Assembly: GCA_051294375.1 (NCBI GenBank)
Contig: CM119266.1
Coordinates: 25,716,161 to 25,780,160 of the forward strand
Reading direction: 5' to 3'
DNA: 64,000 nt
DNA from: Paraspadella gotoi
Lineage: Eukaryota > Animalia > Chaetognatha
This document shows positions 1 through 13,305 of the stretch, in pieces. How positions within the stretch are numbered: the stretch's first letter is position 1; every line of letters begins with the position of its first letter. A program made the translations under genes and the position numbers. The notes below the pieces were generated by a model. That model did no database searches and was not told where the DNA came from. It worked only from the letters and a program-made list of their open reading frames with translations.

Positions 1-679
1 ATCCCCTTTGAAATCCATGAAATATTCATCGCAACAAAAGAACAGGCGAAGAAAGTCGAGAGAAAAAAAAACAAAAGACAAGCGAATCACGTTCGATCGT
101 TTATACAGAGGTCGCTCCTTTTTATCTCTTTGACTTTTTTGTAAAAAAATTTTTATATAGACGAACTTTTTCTCTTCCTAACATGCGAGAATAATAATTA
201 GTTGTACATTCCATTTTTGAAATAATGTTCTCATTAAAAAGGAAACGATCTTACATTGTCCGGGTTTTCATTTGGGATTTTTAGTTGATAACTTTCAGCG
301 GTTCGGTTGCTTGGTTCCGACCCGCTGGATCGATTAAAGAGCCACGTCCTGAGCCATGAAAATTCTCACGATCTTGATGGGAGATTTTTTTGAAATTTCT
401 GTTCTATTCTTCCCCTGCGACTCTATCACAATTCTTGCTTTCAACTTGACCGACCTTACTCCGCTCCTCCCTCTTCTCCTACTCCTGCTCCTGCTCTACT
501 CCTACTGCTCCTCCTCCTCCTTCTAGAGATTCTGCGCTAAATTCTCTGACAAAAGACAAAATAGAAGATGATTAACGAGAAAAAAAAAGAGTTTAAAGGA
601 AAAAAAAGAAATTAAATTACCGAAGAAAGAAATAAAATTGCATGAAGAAAGAAATTTAAAAAAAAAATCGAAGCCGCTA

Positions 680-680
680 G

Positions 681-718
<38 letters not shown>

Positions 719-978
719 AAATAAAATGAGACGAAGGGAAATTAAAAAGAATAAAAATTACAAATAAAAAATTTTAAAAAAGAAGAAAAAAAAATTAGAA
801 AGGGGCGAAAGTGAGAAAGGACGAGAGAGTGGGGGGGAGGTGAGAAGAGAGAAAAGGGAGTAAGGAAAAAGGTAAGGATGATCATTACGTTCTCAAATAA
901 AACGGGAATTGGAAAAAAAGAGAGCGGGGAGAGTTATTCTTTCTCTTTTTTAATTTGAGAGGGAGTGAGGAGAGAGAG

Positions 979-1016
<38 letters not shown>

Positions 1017-1768
1017 CAGAGAGAGAGAAGAAGAAAGAGAGAAGACAGAGACGAGAAGACAGAGAGAGAAGAGAGATAAGAGAAGAACGACTGAGGAAGG
1101 GAAGAGAAATGGAGATAGAAGAACAAATTTCAATTAGAATTCCCTCATAATCTGGTTTTCTCGCCGATTCACCGTCCCGCGTTGCGAATAGAGTAAAAAT
1201 AAAGAGCAAGGCCCTTGCTGGCGGATAGAGAGAGAGAGAAGAGAGTGAGAGAGAGAGAGAAGAGAGAGAGAGAAGAGAGCACGAGAGAGAAGAGATAGAG
1301 AGATGAGAGAGAGAAGAGAGAAGGAGAGATACGAAAATTGAAAAACTAAAAAAAAATAAACCAGTTTAAAAAAAAAATAAAAAACCCAAATTCTAAATAA
1401 TTAAAACATGTGACAACTACAGGGAATAAACCAGATATAAACATAAAAAAACAAGAGCTAAAAAAACAAAAAGCGAAGGCAAGGCGAAAGCGTAAACGTG
1501 GTTAGAACGAAGGAAAAGCGGAAGGAACAAAAAAGAATAAAAGAAGAGAGAAGAGAGACGAGAGAGGAGCAGGGAAGGAGAGAGGAGAGAGAGAGAAGAG
1601 AGAGGAGAGCGAGGAGCGAGAGAGAGGAGAAGACATTAAAGAAAAAAGAAAGAAAGAAAGAAAGAAAAGAAAAGAAAAAAGAAAAGAAAGAAGAAACAAA
1701 GAAGAAGACAAAGAAGAAAGAAAAGCAAAAAAAGAGGACAACGAAAAGGAAGAAAAGAAAAAAAAAAG

Positions 1769-1801
<33 letters not shown>

Positions 1802-1873
1802 AAAAAAAAAAAAAAAAAAAAAAAAAAACGAGCCATAGAAAAAACACAGGAAAGGAACAAAACCAGCGGGAAG

Positions 1874-1920
<47 letters not shown>

Positions 1921-2100
1921 ACGCGGATAAAAAGAAGGAGAGAGATGAGACTTAGATTATAGAGGAGAAGGGAGATTTAGATAATTTATATACGACGAAA
2001 CCTGGGGGAAGCTTGAAAAAGGTAAAAAAGAATAACAGATAAGAGAGAGAGGGAGAGAGAGGAGAGAGAAGAGAGAGGAGGAAGAGAGGAGAAGAGAGAG
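680..2100. repeat. Low-complexity purine tract: (GA)n microsatellites and poly-A runs
   Basis: Directly visible (GA)n runs at ~680-716, ~960-1330 and ~2040-2100, and poly-A at ~1760-1916. The ER-, K- and SL-rich ORFs here are translations of these repeats. Similar (GA/CT)n tracts recur throughout the window. Confidence 0.95.
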
Positions 2101-2738
2101 AATAATACATATTCGGAGCGGACAGTGAAAAGTCAGGTCGTAATTATCTCAGCCCACGCAAACACATCAAAAATTTGTATCAAGATTTAGTACTTAGCTC
2201 TGGACGCAGTGTCATAACGTCGTAAAACCCCAGCTTTTTAAAATTAATAAAAAAAATATGGCAGTTTTTTTTTTCATCAAAATTCATACCCCCTAACTTA
2301 TTTTAATTACTTTTTACAAAAAGTTTGGCATATGATTTAATAAAAAACTTTAATTCTTTTCCCTTCCCTATCTTTCCCGCTCACATTCATAACTCTTATT
2401 CTCCCCGCTGGTCGGAAAAATCGGGGGGGATCGAAAAGGAAAAAAAAACGGAGTTAAATTAACACAACAACAAAGAAGAAAAAACAACAAGAACGGCGCG
2501 GGGGAGTGGGGGAGGGCGGCGGGGCAGAAAAGAAGAGAAACCCATTTGACTATTATCAACACGGGTGGTTATAAAAAAAAAAAAAAAAAAAATTTCTCCA
2601 CATCCATAAAAAAAAAAAAAAAAATATGCAAATACAACGAATACGGACAACAGACAAAAAAAACGGAGGACGACGGTGGGACGAGGGGACTACCCCTTTT
2701 TCACTCCTTCGCGNNNNNNNNNNNNNNNNNNNNNNNNN

Positions 2739-4535
2739 AGCCAAAATTTGGGCTTGTGGCAGCGCGACGCCCTGCACACAATCGCATAGTCCAGAACGTA
2801 GGCACAATCGGCAGTTATTCACTAAGGCCAGTGTCGGCAGGTTTCTTTATCTTCCCCACCAGTTAATGAAGGCAGGAAAAAAAAATTTCTCACCTGGCCG
2901 CTAATCCACCGACACACCAGTCAGTCCCTTTGTCATTCGCCTTCTCTTCTTTCTAATCGCGTGCCCCGTCATGCAGCTAGTCTTTGATTCGGCTGGGGTT
3001 CTTCCATTAAACTGTGAACTTTGTCATCCCGCGTGTTACTGAGTTTACTCTCTCTATCTCCTCTCTCTCCTCTCTCTCCTCTCTCTCTCTCTCGTCCTCT
3101 CTCTCTCTCTCTCCTCTCTCATCTCTCTCCTCTCTCCTCTCTCTCTTCTTCTTCTCTCTCTTCTTCCTTTCAGGGTCCTCCACGTTATCGCTTCACAATT
3201 TCCTTCCATTTTCTCCATTTGAAAAAGCGGATCCAAGCAGAACAAAAAGAGTTCTTTCTGTCGTATTTGAAAATTCGAGTTTTAGGGGAGATGAAGAAAA
3301 AGAAGAGGAAGTTATGCGATCATCTTGGTTATGAACCGGAAATATCTCATTTATCTCTCCTCTCTCTCTCTTCTCTCTCTCCTCTGCTCTCTCTCTCTCT
3401 CTCTCTTCTCTCTCTTCTCTCTTCTCTCTCTCTCTCTCTCACTCGCTTCATCCTTTTCTTCTTTTCTTTTTAAACGTCCTCACATCTCTTCTTCTCTTCT
3501 TTCCTATCTTTTTCTTTTCTATCTTTTTCGACCCATCTCAACTCAACTCATATTTTTCCTTTCGTTACGAAATTGTCGAAAAGCTATTAAAAAGCAAAAA
3601 AAAAAAGGCATTATCGCTTCAGTAGAAAAAATAAGAGAAAACGTCAATAATCGCATTCGAAGTTGATCCCAGTTAATAGCTTAATCTACTTCTGCTTCTT
3701 TTTTTTAGCATCAGATCGTTGTTATCACCGTTTCTTTTTTTTTACCTTTAGATAAAGGTCGAAAGATAAAAAAATATTGCAACGATTCTGTTCTATTTAG
3801 ATATAAAGAACAAATGCAAATGAATGGCCGGGAGACAGCCCAGCATAATTAAAACTATTTAGCGAGTAAACAAGATGAATAAAGGTTGAGACCAAATCTG
3901 TAGACGGTGAAATGATGAAATCACCCTTTTCCTTTTTCACCGTCGACTTCTTTCTTGATTCACGATTCACCCTCCGCCCACATTTCACATTTCACTCGTC
4001 GCGTCCGTGAAAAGTCACCGTTTTTCACATTTTTTCCCCTCGTTCGTCGGACAGTCGACCTTTTGGTCCGAAGTTGTCTTGATATTTGGATGATCTCTTA
4101 TCTCGGACTCCCCGCGAGCGGACTTTTCACGTGAACTTTACCTCACCTTCACGTGACCTTCGCGTGACCTTCGCTGGGCCCTGTCGTGACCTTTGTGTAA
4201 CGAGGCGAGGTGCTTTCGCTTGACCCATTTGTTGTAACCGAGGTCGAGGGACGTGTTGGGGAAGACTCGGGGTCTGCGTCGGATCTTCACGTTTTGATAG
4301 ATGAGAGAGAGAGAGATGAAGCCTGTGGGACCAGTGTTGCCGATCCGAGAGAAGACAGACTGCTCGAGAGACGAGAGAGAGACTGTTGGGATGGGGAGCG
4401 GAGGGAGGGACGAGAGAGTGACGACGCTGAGAGGCGGAGGGGAGAGGTGGAATTGTCGGGAGGCAGGAGGAGAATGGAGGAGCACGAGATGAGAGAGAGA
4501 GGAAGATAGATAAGGAAGAGAGAGAGAAAGAGAGA

Positions 4536-4567
<32 letters not shown>

Positions 4568-4697
4568 GAGAGAGGCGTTCTTCTTGCAGGCAAATTCGAA
4601 AGGGTTTTAATGTAAATTGGAAAAATGATGAGGCGGGCGAGCTTTCGATTACATTATGACATAGAAAATAGTGGGGCTGAGGGGGGGGAGGGATTGG
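2739..4697 (+). repeat. ~1.96 kb direct duplication, copy 1 (copy 2 at 7151-9148)
   Basis: Both copies start with agccaaaatttgggcttgtggc immediately after an N gap and end at ggggggagggattgga. Identical ORF translations appear in both (e.g. 3014 and 7426). Confidence 0.95.
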
Positions 4698-5639
4698 AGG
4701 CGGAAATGTGGAGTTAGAAAATCCCCCTCGCTGGTGACCTCACTTAATTTTTACCCTTTTTTTTATAATAATTAGAAATTTTTCTTAATAAGCTAGATAA
4801 GAACTTTCCTCTCAAAGGGTCGAGGTTTCTTAAAAAAAAGTTTTTAATGAGGATTATAAATTTTTCGCCAAAAAAATGGAGAAAAAAATGAGGCAGGTTG
4901 TTTTTTGGTTTTTTTTTAAATTTTTATGAACCTAAATGTCTTTACCGCTGACGCCTTTTATTTGAATTAAGGGATTAAAAGCAGGTTTGGATAAAGGGCG
5001 AATCAATGTTTGTAGTGTAATTAAAACTTTAAGAGTTAAACACATACGAAGAGAATAATTTAATAGAATCGAGCGGCTAGATGATATGAATGATTAACGT
5101 TATGAGCTCAATCTTTGAATTAATATTTAATTTTTAAAAATTTTTTTTTTTTCTAAATCAAACGGCGAAACTGCATTAAAAAGTCATGTGTTATATACAT
5201 CCGTTTTGCTATTATTTATCCGATGTTATATGCGAATCTAAGCCTATGTTTCTTCGCCGAGAACGAGAATTCATCGATTCATCTTACATCGTCGAAGCGA
5301 ACAGATGTTTCTCTACNNNNNNNNNNNNNNNNNNNNNNNNNCGTATTCCGTCGACCCGCGACAGTCGACACTTCTTTTCTGGTTCCGAAGTTGTCAATTG
5401 ATATTTTGGACTGATCTCTTATCTCGGACTCCCGCGGAGCTCGCGACTTTTCACTGCGTGAACTTTTACTCTCACCTTCACGTGCTTTGCCTGACCTTCG
5501 CTGGGCCCTGTTCGCTGACCCATTTGTTGATAAACCGAGGTCGAGGGGACGTGTTGGGGAAGGATCGGCGGTCTCGCGTCGGATCTGTCACGTTTTGATA
5601 GAGACAGACGAGAAGAAGAGAGACGATGAGAGACGAGAG

Positions 5640-5676
<37 letters not shown>

Positions 5677-6274
5677 GAGCAGGAGAGAGGAGAGGACGAG
5701 ACGGAGAAGATGACAGAGAGAGAGAGAAAGAGAGAGAGGCAGAAGCCAGCGTCCTTCATTGTCCTCCCCATTTTCCCGGCCGGACAAAAATTCAATCTCA
5801 GTTTCCAGTCTCAGCGAGGGAGAATAGAATCTCGCGTTTTTGTCACTAGCCAACGTTCTTGGACCGATGATCGGCCTCTATGTGACCTTCTCACCGCCCC
5901 ATATCTCTCTGTTTCTTTTTCTTCTTTTTTCTCTCTTTTTATGTTTTGTCTTTTATTCTATTTCTCTGGTTCTTTCTTTCTATCCTATTTTGTTCTTTTC
6001 TTTCCTTTTCCTCTTGTCTCTGTTCTCGCCCTGGTCTCTCTTTTCTTTTCTTTCTTTTCTTTCTTTAGTCTCTTTTCTTTAATTTTCTCTCATTACTTTA
6101 TTTTCTCTCACTCCTTTCTTTTCTATCTTTTTCTTTTTTTTCCTTTCTTTCCTCTGTTCTCGCCCTGATCTCTCTTTTCTTTCCTTTTTTTTCTATCTTT
6201 TTTCTACCTCCACTCACTCTTTCTTCTTTTCGTTTTCTCTCGCTTCTCTCTCTTTTATCTTTCTCTCTCTTTTA

Positions 6275-6308
<34 letters not shown>

Positions 6309-7125
6309 NNNNNNNNNNNNNNNNNNNNNNNNNNNNNNNNNNNNNNNNNNNNNNNNNNNNNNNNNNNNNNNNNNNNNNNNNNNNNNNNNNNNNNNNNNNN
6401 NNNNNNNNNNNNNNNNNNNNNNNNNNNNNNNNNNNNNNNNNNNNNNNNNNNNNNNNNNNNNNNNNNNNNNNNNNNNNNNNNNNNNNNNNNNNNNNNNNNN
6501 NNNNNNNNNNNNNNNNNNNNNNNNNTCTCTCTCTCTCTCTCTCTCGTCGCAGAGATATGTAGAGAACATCTTTCGCTTCGACGATAAGATGAATCGATGA
6601 TTCTCGTCTCGGGAAAGAAAAAGGCTTAGATTCGATAAACATCGGATAAAAAGCAAAACGAGATAAACACAGACTTTTTTAATGCATTCGCCGTTGATTA
6701 GAAAAAAAAAAATTTTTTAAATTAAAATATTAATTCCCAAAGTTTTATGAGCTCAAACGTTAATCATATATCATCTAGCGCATTTATTAAAATTTCTCTC
6801 GATGTGTTTTAACTTAAAGTTAATTACACTACAAACATGATTCGCCCTTTATCCAAACCTGCTTTTAATCCCTTATTAAAAAAGGCGTCAGGAAAGACAT
6901 TTAGGTCATAAAATTAAAAAAAAAAACCAAAAAACAACTGCCTCATTTTTTTCTTCCATTTTTTTTGGGAAAAATTTATAATCCTCATTAAAACTTTTTT
7001 TTAAGAAACCTCGACCCTGAGAGGAAAGTTCTTATCTGTTATTAAGAAAAATCTAATTATATAAAAAAAGGGAAAATTAAGGAGGAACCAGCGAGGGAGG
7101 GATTTCTAATCCACATTTCCGCCCC
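4698..7125. repeat. Inverted duplication with arms at ~4698-5316 and ~6553-7125
   Basis: ggcggaaatgtgga at ~4699 is the reverse complement of tccacatttccgcc at ~7110, and gatgtttctctac at ~5304 pairs with gtagagaacatc at ~6559. Both arms abut N gaps. Confidence 0.9.
5342..5625 (+). repeat. Third diverged copy of the 4040-4320 segment
   Basis: Shares gatctcttatctcggactcc...ctcaccttcacgtg...accgaggtcgaggg...cacgttttgataga with ~4040-4320 and ~8500-8760. Confidence 0.85.
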
Positions 7126-7150
7126 NNNNNNNNNNNNNNNNNNNNNNNNN

Positions 7151-7775
7151 AGCCAAAATTTGGGCTTGTGGCAGCGCGACGCCCTGCACACAATCGCATA
7201 GTCCAGAACGTAGGCACAATCGGCAGTTATTCACTAAGGCCAGTGTCGGCAGGTTTCTTTATCTTCCCCACCAGTTAATGAAGGCAGGAAAAAAAAATTT
7301 CTCACCTGGCCGCTAATCCACCGACACACCAGTCAGTCCCTTTGTCATTCGCCTTCTCTTCTTTCTAATCGCGTGCCCCGTCATGCAGCTAGTCTTTGAT
7401 TCGGCTGGGGTTCTTCCATTAAACTGTGAACTTTGTCATCCCGCGTGTTACTGAGTTTACTCTCTCTATCTCCTCTCTCTCCTCTCTCTCCTCTCTCTCT
7501 CTCTCGTCCTCTCTCTCTCTCTCTCCTCTCTCATCTCTCTCCTCTCTCCTCTCTCTCTTCTTCTTCTCTCTCTTCTTCCTTTCAGGGTCCTCCACGTTAT
7601 CGCTTCACAATTTCCTTCCATTTTCTCCATTTGAAAAAGCGGATCCAAGCAGAACAAAAAGAGTTCTTTCTGTCGTATTTGAAAATTCGAGTTTTAGGGG
7701 AGATGAAGAAAAAGAAGAGGAAGTTATGCGATCATCTTGGTTATGAACCGGAAATATCTCATTTATCTCTCCTCT

Positions 7776-7843
<68 letters not shown>

Positions 7844-8985
7844 CTCTCTCTCACTCGCTTCATCCTTTTCTTCTTTTCTTTTTAAACGTCCTCACATCTC
7901 TTCTTCTCTTCTTTCCTATCTTTTCTTTTTCTATCTTTTTCGACCCATCTCAACTCAACTTTCATATTTTTCCTTTCGTTACGAAATTGTCGAAAAGCTA
8001 TTAAAAAGCAAAAAAAAAAAAGCTTATTATCGCATTCAGTAGAAAAAATATAGCGAGAAAATACGGGTTCAATAATCGCTATATCGTCCGAATGTTTGAT
8101 CCCAGGAGTTTATAATAGCCTTAAATGTTTCTACTCAGCTTCCTTTTTTTTAGCATCAGATTGTTGTTATGCAGCGTTTTCTTTTACCTTTAGATAAAGC
8201 GTCTCGAAAGATTAAAAAAATATTTGCAAACGATTCTGTTTCTATTTAGATTATAAAAGAACAAAATGCAATATGGCCGGGAGACAGCCAGCATAATTAA
8301 AACTATTTAGCGAGGTAAAACAAGAATGAATAAAGGTTTGAGACTAAAATTCTATTAGACGGTGTAAAGATGATTTGAAATCACCCTTTTCCTTTTTCAC
8401 CCGTCGACTTCTCTTCTGATTCACGATTCACCCTCCGCCCCACATTTCACATTTTCACTCGATCGCTGTCCGTGCAAAAAGTCACCGTTTTTTCCATTTT
8501 TTACCCCTCGTTCGTCGGACAGTCACCTTTTTGGTCGAAAGTTTTGTCTTGAGTATTTGGTATGATCTCTTATCTCGGACTCCCTCGCGAGCTGCGACTT
8601 TTCACGGTGAACTTTACCTCACCTTCACGTGACCTTTCGCCGTGACCTTCGCTGGGCCCTTGCTTTCGCTTGACCCATTTGTTGTAACCGAGGTCGAGGG
8701 ACGTGTTGGGGAAGACTCGGGGTCTGCGTCGGATCTTCACGTTTTGATAGATGAGAGAGAGAGAGATGAAGCCTGTGGGACCAGTGTTGCCGATCCGAGA
8801 GAAGACAGACTGCTCGAGAGACGAGAGAGAGACTGTTGGGATGGGGAGCGGAGGGAGGGACGAGAGAGTGACGACGCTGAGAGGCGGAGGGGAGAGGTGG
8901 AATTGTCGGGAGGCAGGAGGAGAATGGAGGAGCACGAGATGAGAGAGAGAGGAAGATAGATAAGGAAGAGAGAGAGAAAGAGAGA

Positions 8986-9017
<32 letters not shown>

Positions 9018-9148
9018 GAGAGAGGCGTTCTTCTTGCAGGCAAATTCGAAAGGGTTTTAATGTAAATTGGAAAAATGATGAGGCGGGCGAGCTTTCGATT
9101 ACATTATGACATAGAAAATAGTGGGGCTGAGGGGGGGGAGGGATTGGA
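7151..9148 (+). repeat. ~2.0 kb direct duplication, copy 2 of 2739-4697
   Basis: Near-identical to copy 1, with indel differences concentrated at ~7950-8670. Confidence 0.95.
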
Positions 9149-10227
9149 ATAAGACAGTCTAGAGCTTCGCGAGTTTTTTCCGGTAACAAAAATCCATTAG
9201 AATCTTGTGGGTGTTACCCGCAGTTTTAGTCCCAAACTCGAATATTTAACCCATAAATCATTCGTTCTCTTTTTTTCTTCATCCTCCTCCTCCTCCTCTT
9301 CCTCCTCTTCCTCCGCCTTATTTCTGCCACAATATCATTAATAATTTTCTCCCTTCGATCATCGCTCATCACTCCAGTCCTTCCCCTGACTACATCATTC
9401 CATTTCTCCATCAAAATATACACGAGTTAATGTAGTTGAGGAACTTGATGGTTCGACGGTGTTTTGTTTTATTCGACGATTTACTTATGAACGTAAACAG
9501 TTGACTGTGTTTACTGTTTAGTTAGTTCAGTCATCGTGTTTAAGTGTAGTCAGTTGCTTGCTTCCGCCGCATCTTCTTACAGTCGAATTCAACTTCGTTT
9601 CCTTTCTTTTCCACTTTTCTCCTTTTCTCATTTTGAGTAAGACAGATAAGAATTATTTTAAATATTTCTTCCATTCACTAAAGCTTAGCATTAGCGAAGT
9701 TCTGTAAGAATTGTTCTGTCGTAAAACGTCAAATGTTCATTATTAGCGAATTGCAAAATATCTATCCGCATTCTCTCTCTCTCTCTNNNNNNNNNNCTCT
9801 CTCTCTCTCTCATTTATCCGCATTCTCCTTTCGCTGCATCTTTGCTTCTCCTTTTCTTTTTCCATCGCATCGAAAATAAGATGAGGAATCTGTATTGAAC
9901 TATGTTCGTAGAGGTGGCTGTCTTTGACNNNNNNNNNNNNNNNNNNNNNNNNNNNNNNNNNNNNNNNNNNNNNNNNNNNNNNNNNNNNNNNNNNNNNNNN
10001 NNNNNNNNNNNNNNNNNNNNNNNNNNNNNNNNNNNNNNNNNNNNNNNNNNNNNNNNNNNNNNNNNNNNNNNNNNNNNNNNNNNNNNNNNNNNNNNNNNNN
10101 NNNNNNNNNNNNNNNNNNNNNNNNNNNNNNNNNNNNNNNNNNNNNNNNNNNNNNNNNNNNNNNNNNNNNNNNNNNNNNNNNNNNNNNNNNNNNNNNNNNN
10201 NNNNNNNNNNNNNNNNNNNNNNNNNNN

Positions 10228-10510
10228 CTCTTTTTGATCCTATGGGGTTCGTGGCACCCTTCATCCTACGCGGAAGAGAGATTTTCAGCGGGCTACAAAG
10301 GAAAAAACTCCGTGGGATGATCCAGTTTCAAAGGAGATTTTTGCCGAGATCAATAAATGGCGGCAAGAGGTTGTGAAGCTTACTTCCATCGAGATTCTCG
10401 CTGGATCGCGACGAAGGCAACTACAGATGCGACGCCGGAGATGCACATCTTCTGTGATGCCTCGAAGTTGGGTTACGGCGTCGTCATGTATCGTCGCGTA
10501 ACTGGTGAGT
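10228..10510 (+). mobile_element. BEL/Pao LTR-retrotransposon pol fragment (Pao Peptidase_A17 / RNase H N-terminal region), frameshifted
   Basis: Joining frames gives LFDPMGFVAPFILRGREIF...WDDPVSKEIFAEINKWRQEVVKLTSIEI(P)RW...EMHIFCDASKLGYGVVMYRR. This matches the BEL/Pao motifs FDPLG..P, WDD, IPRW and H.F.DAS..GYG..Y.R. The 5' side is lost in an N gap. Confidence 0.9.
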
Positions 10511-11874
10511 GAGAGCATTTGCCGACGCGTTTGGACTTCGTAACAGAATCGATATCTTGTTTGTTTATCTCCTTACTTTTTTTTTCAAGACTGGAACGAG
10601 AAAAAAAAATAGATAAAAAATAAGAAATATTAATGAAGTCATTTATCTTTTGTTTATTTCAATCAAAATTTATTCTTGTCGCGCGACGGTCCAGAGATGT
10701 CTCTCTGTATCGAGTAAAGAGCCTCGTTCTCGATCCTCATTATTCATGAGAGAAAAGGTCAGAGAAGATTGGTTTTATAGCGAACCATGGTCCTGGTAAA
10801 CATTTCTCGGAATTTCTGAGTTGTACTCTGATCCTTCTACTTGAAAAAAAAGTATTGCCTGTGAGACTGCGAGACTTAGTGACTTAGTGACTTAGTGACT
10901 AAGTGACACAAGAGACTCCCCAGTCGTGAACGCTTTTCACTGGAGCGTGAGAATTATTGAGTCGATAGCTTGAGAGCGACTTTCAAGGTCGAACATCCTC
11001 GAGTTTGGAATTTTTAAAAAAACTTCTCTATTTTTTTTTTCAAAAATGGCGACTGGGTGCCTTTTTTATTAGAATCTATAACGGAGGACCCTTCGGTTTT
11101 ATTGACCTCATAAATTTCAGTAAAAATCACGATATTTTTCTATTTTATTTGCTCGTCAATTTTTTTTTTTATTGCGAGAGCGGGTCGTGCAAGCACCAAG
11201 CGGTTGAAAGCATTTAAGCCAAAATTTGTGATTTGATTTACTCGTTCTGATTTCTAATAATATTTTTCATCTTTTATCTTTCTTTATTTAACGATCACCC
11301 CGGACTCTTAGGTAAGCAAATTTCTTTTTTTAAAACTGAATATATGCATTTATGTAGTCGTGTGTGTTGGTACACGTTGCTGTATGTATGTATAAATGCA
11401 TCGAGTGTTTGAGACACGTGGCGCAATCAGGAGATGACGTCAGCCTTTATCGACTTCGAGTCTGTGACAATCAAACTCTGACGTCTGAGAAAGTCAGTTC
11501 TTGTCAAAGAAGAAAAGAAAGTAAGAGAGAGATGAGGTTGTATGGGAGAGAGAGTAGAGAGAGAGAGGAAGTATAAACTCTAATCAAGTTAGCGAAATCA
11601 AGTCTCAAGATTATCGATACCTAGTTGTAGGAAACCACAGACGTAATTATATGTATATCTTAAGGAACGCTTTAAAACCTTGGTCGCGGTGTGAAATAGG
11701 AAGAGAGAAGAAGATGAGATGAGAGTGAGAAGATTATATGAAGTATATGGAAAAAGTGAAACATTTTTAAATTTATGTCGTAAAAGCTGGTTTTTATGCA
11801 ATAAATTTGAGTTCCAAATTCCACTCGAGATAAAATTCCAATTTGGAGTTAAAGTGGACGAAAAGACTTGAATA

Positions 11875-11935
11875 TTTAGTTTAGTTTAGTTTAGTTTAGT
11901 TTAGTTTAGTTTAGTTTAGTTTAGTTTAGTTTAGT
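11875..11935. repeat. (TTTAG)n pentanucleotide microsatellite, ~12 units
   Basis: Perfect ttagtttagt... run, flanked on both sides by the direct repeat agtggacgaaaagacttgaatatttagttt. Confidence 0.95.
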
Positions 11936-12714
11936 GGACGAAAAGACTTGAATATTTAGTTTTAGAAAAATAATATTTCTCATGTAAAAAGTTGAAAAAG
12001 TAACATATGACGCAATGCAAGCTAAAAGCTGAAAAGAGAGTCCACCGAGGCGAAAAAAATATTATTGATTTTAGCCCATCTGAATATTTTTTTTATTCCT
12101 GAGTCTTACAGAAGTTATCCTAAAAAATCTATGCAAAATTGTTACGGCTATCGAAGATACAGTAAAATACAGTGAATAATTTAAAAATCCATTACCCATA
12201 AATATTATTGGAACTAAACTTTGCCATTGCGTAAAAAGTCATTTCGATCAATTTTTTGTCAATTTCTGAATTTCTGGCTGGGATTCTGTTTTCACATCTA
12301 TCTTTTTTTCACTTTGACAAGGTACTTTTTTTTTCAAATTCTTTTTTTTTTTGTAAAAAAAAAATAAGTCTTTCTTAATAACCTTTTTGAATCATAATAA
12401 CCAGATATAGTTATAAGCGTTTTAAAACTGAAAGAAAAATTATATATTATGTATATTTTTTTAAAAGATTATTTTTTTTTTACTGCAATATGCAAATGAG
12501 ATTATTGCATTTTTTAGCTTTTTATAACGGAGCATTTGCAAAATTTTAAGAAATCTAACGCATGAGTATGTGATAAAGCTGGATATAAATTTTTTGATGG
12601 ACTCGTAGGAGTGGAAAAAAGTTCAAATTAGAAAACCAAAAAATACATGTATTTGATTTTTTTTAAAGTTTCTCTCAATCTCTCTCTGATTGATTGATTG
12701 ATTGATAGATTGAA

Positions 12715-13200
12715 TGACCAAATTATGCCAATTTATAGAAATATGCCAGTTGACCAAATTCTGCAAGTTGACCAAATTATGCCAGTTGACCAAATTATGC
12801 CAGTGAATAAATTCTGCAAGTTGACCAAATTATGCCAGTTGATAAAATTATGCCAGTTGACCAAATTATGCCAGTGGATAAAATTATGCCAGTTGACCAA
12901 ATTATGCCGGTTGACCAAATCATGTTAATTGAGCAAATTATGTCAGTTGACCAAAATTATTCAGTTGAACAAATTATGTCAGTTAATCAAATTATGTCAG
13001 TTAAACAAATAAAGTCAGTTGACCAAAATTATGTTAGTGAGCAATTTGTCAGTTTGACCAAATTATGTCATTTAACCAATTAAGTCAGTTGACCAAATTA
13101 TGTCAGTTGACCAAATTATGTCCAGTTGACCAAATTATGTCAGTTGACAAAATTATGTCAGTTGACCAAATTAGCCAATTGAAAACCAAATTATGCCACT
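12715..13200. repeat. 18-bp minisatellite, consensus gttgaccaaattatg(c/t)ca
   Basis: About 26 tandem units are visible. They produce the MPVDQI and LTKLCQ repeat pseudo-ORFs. Confidence 0.95.
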
Positions 13201-13305
13201 TAATTATCGTAGGCAGATCCGACATTGTTTGCTCCAACCTGTTTAATGAAAAGACATCAGTTAAAGAAAGTCAGTCTTGTATAAGAAAAAGATTTAAAAA
13301 ATTGG

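Noticed and set aside
885-1962. ER-, SL-, K- and F-rich ORFs here and throughout the window
   Set aside because: They are translations of (GA/CT)n and poly-A/T tracts.
9743-10376. Long ORFs spanning N runs
   Set aside because: Their length comes from X residues. Only the BEL/Pao part after 10228 is meaningful.
11875-11935. Interstitial telomere
   Set aside because: The unit is TTTAG, not TTAGG, and the tract is short.
12832-13083. MPVDQI-repeat protein
   Set aside because: It is a by-product of an 18-bp minisatellite. Frames shift within the array and ORFs appear on both strands.
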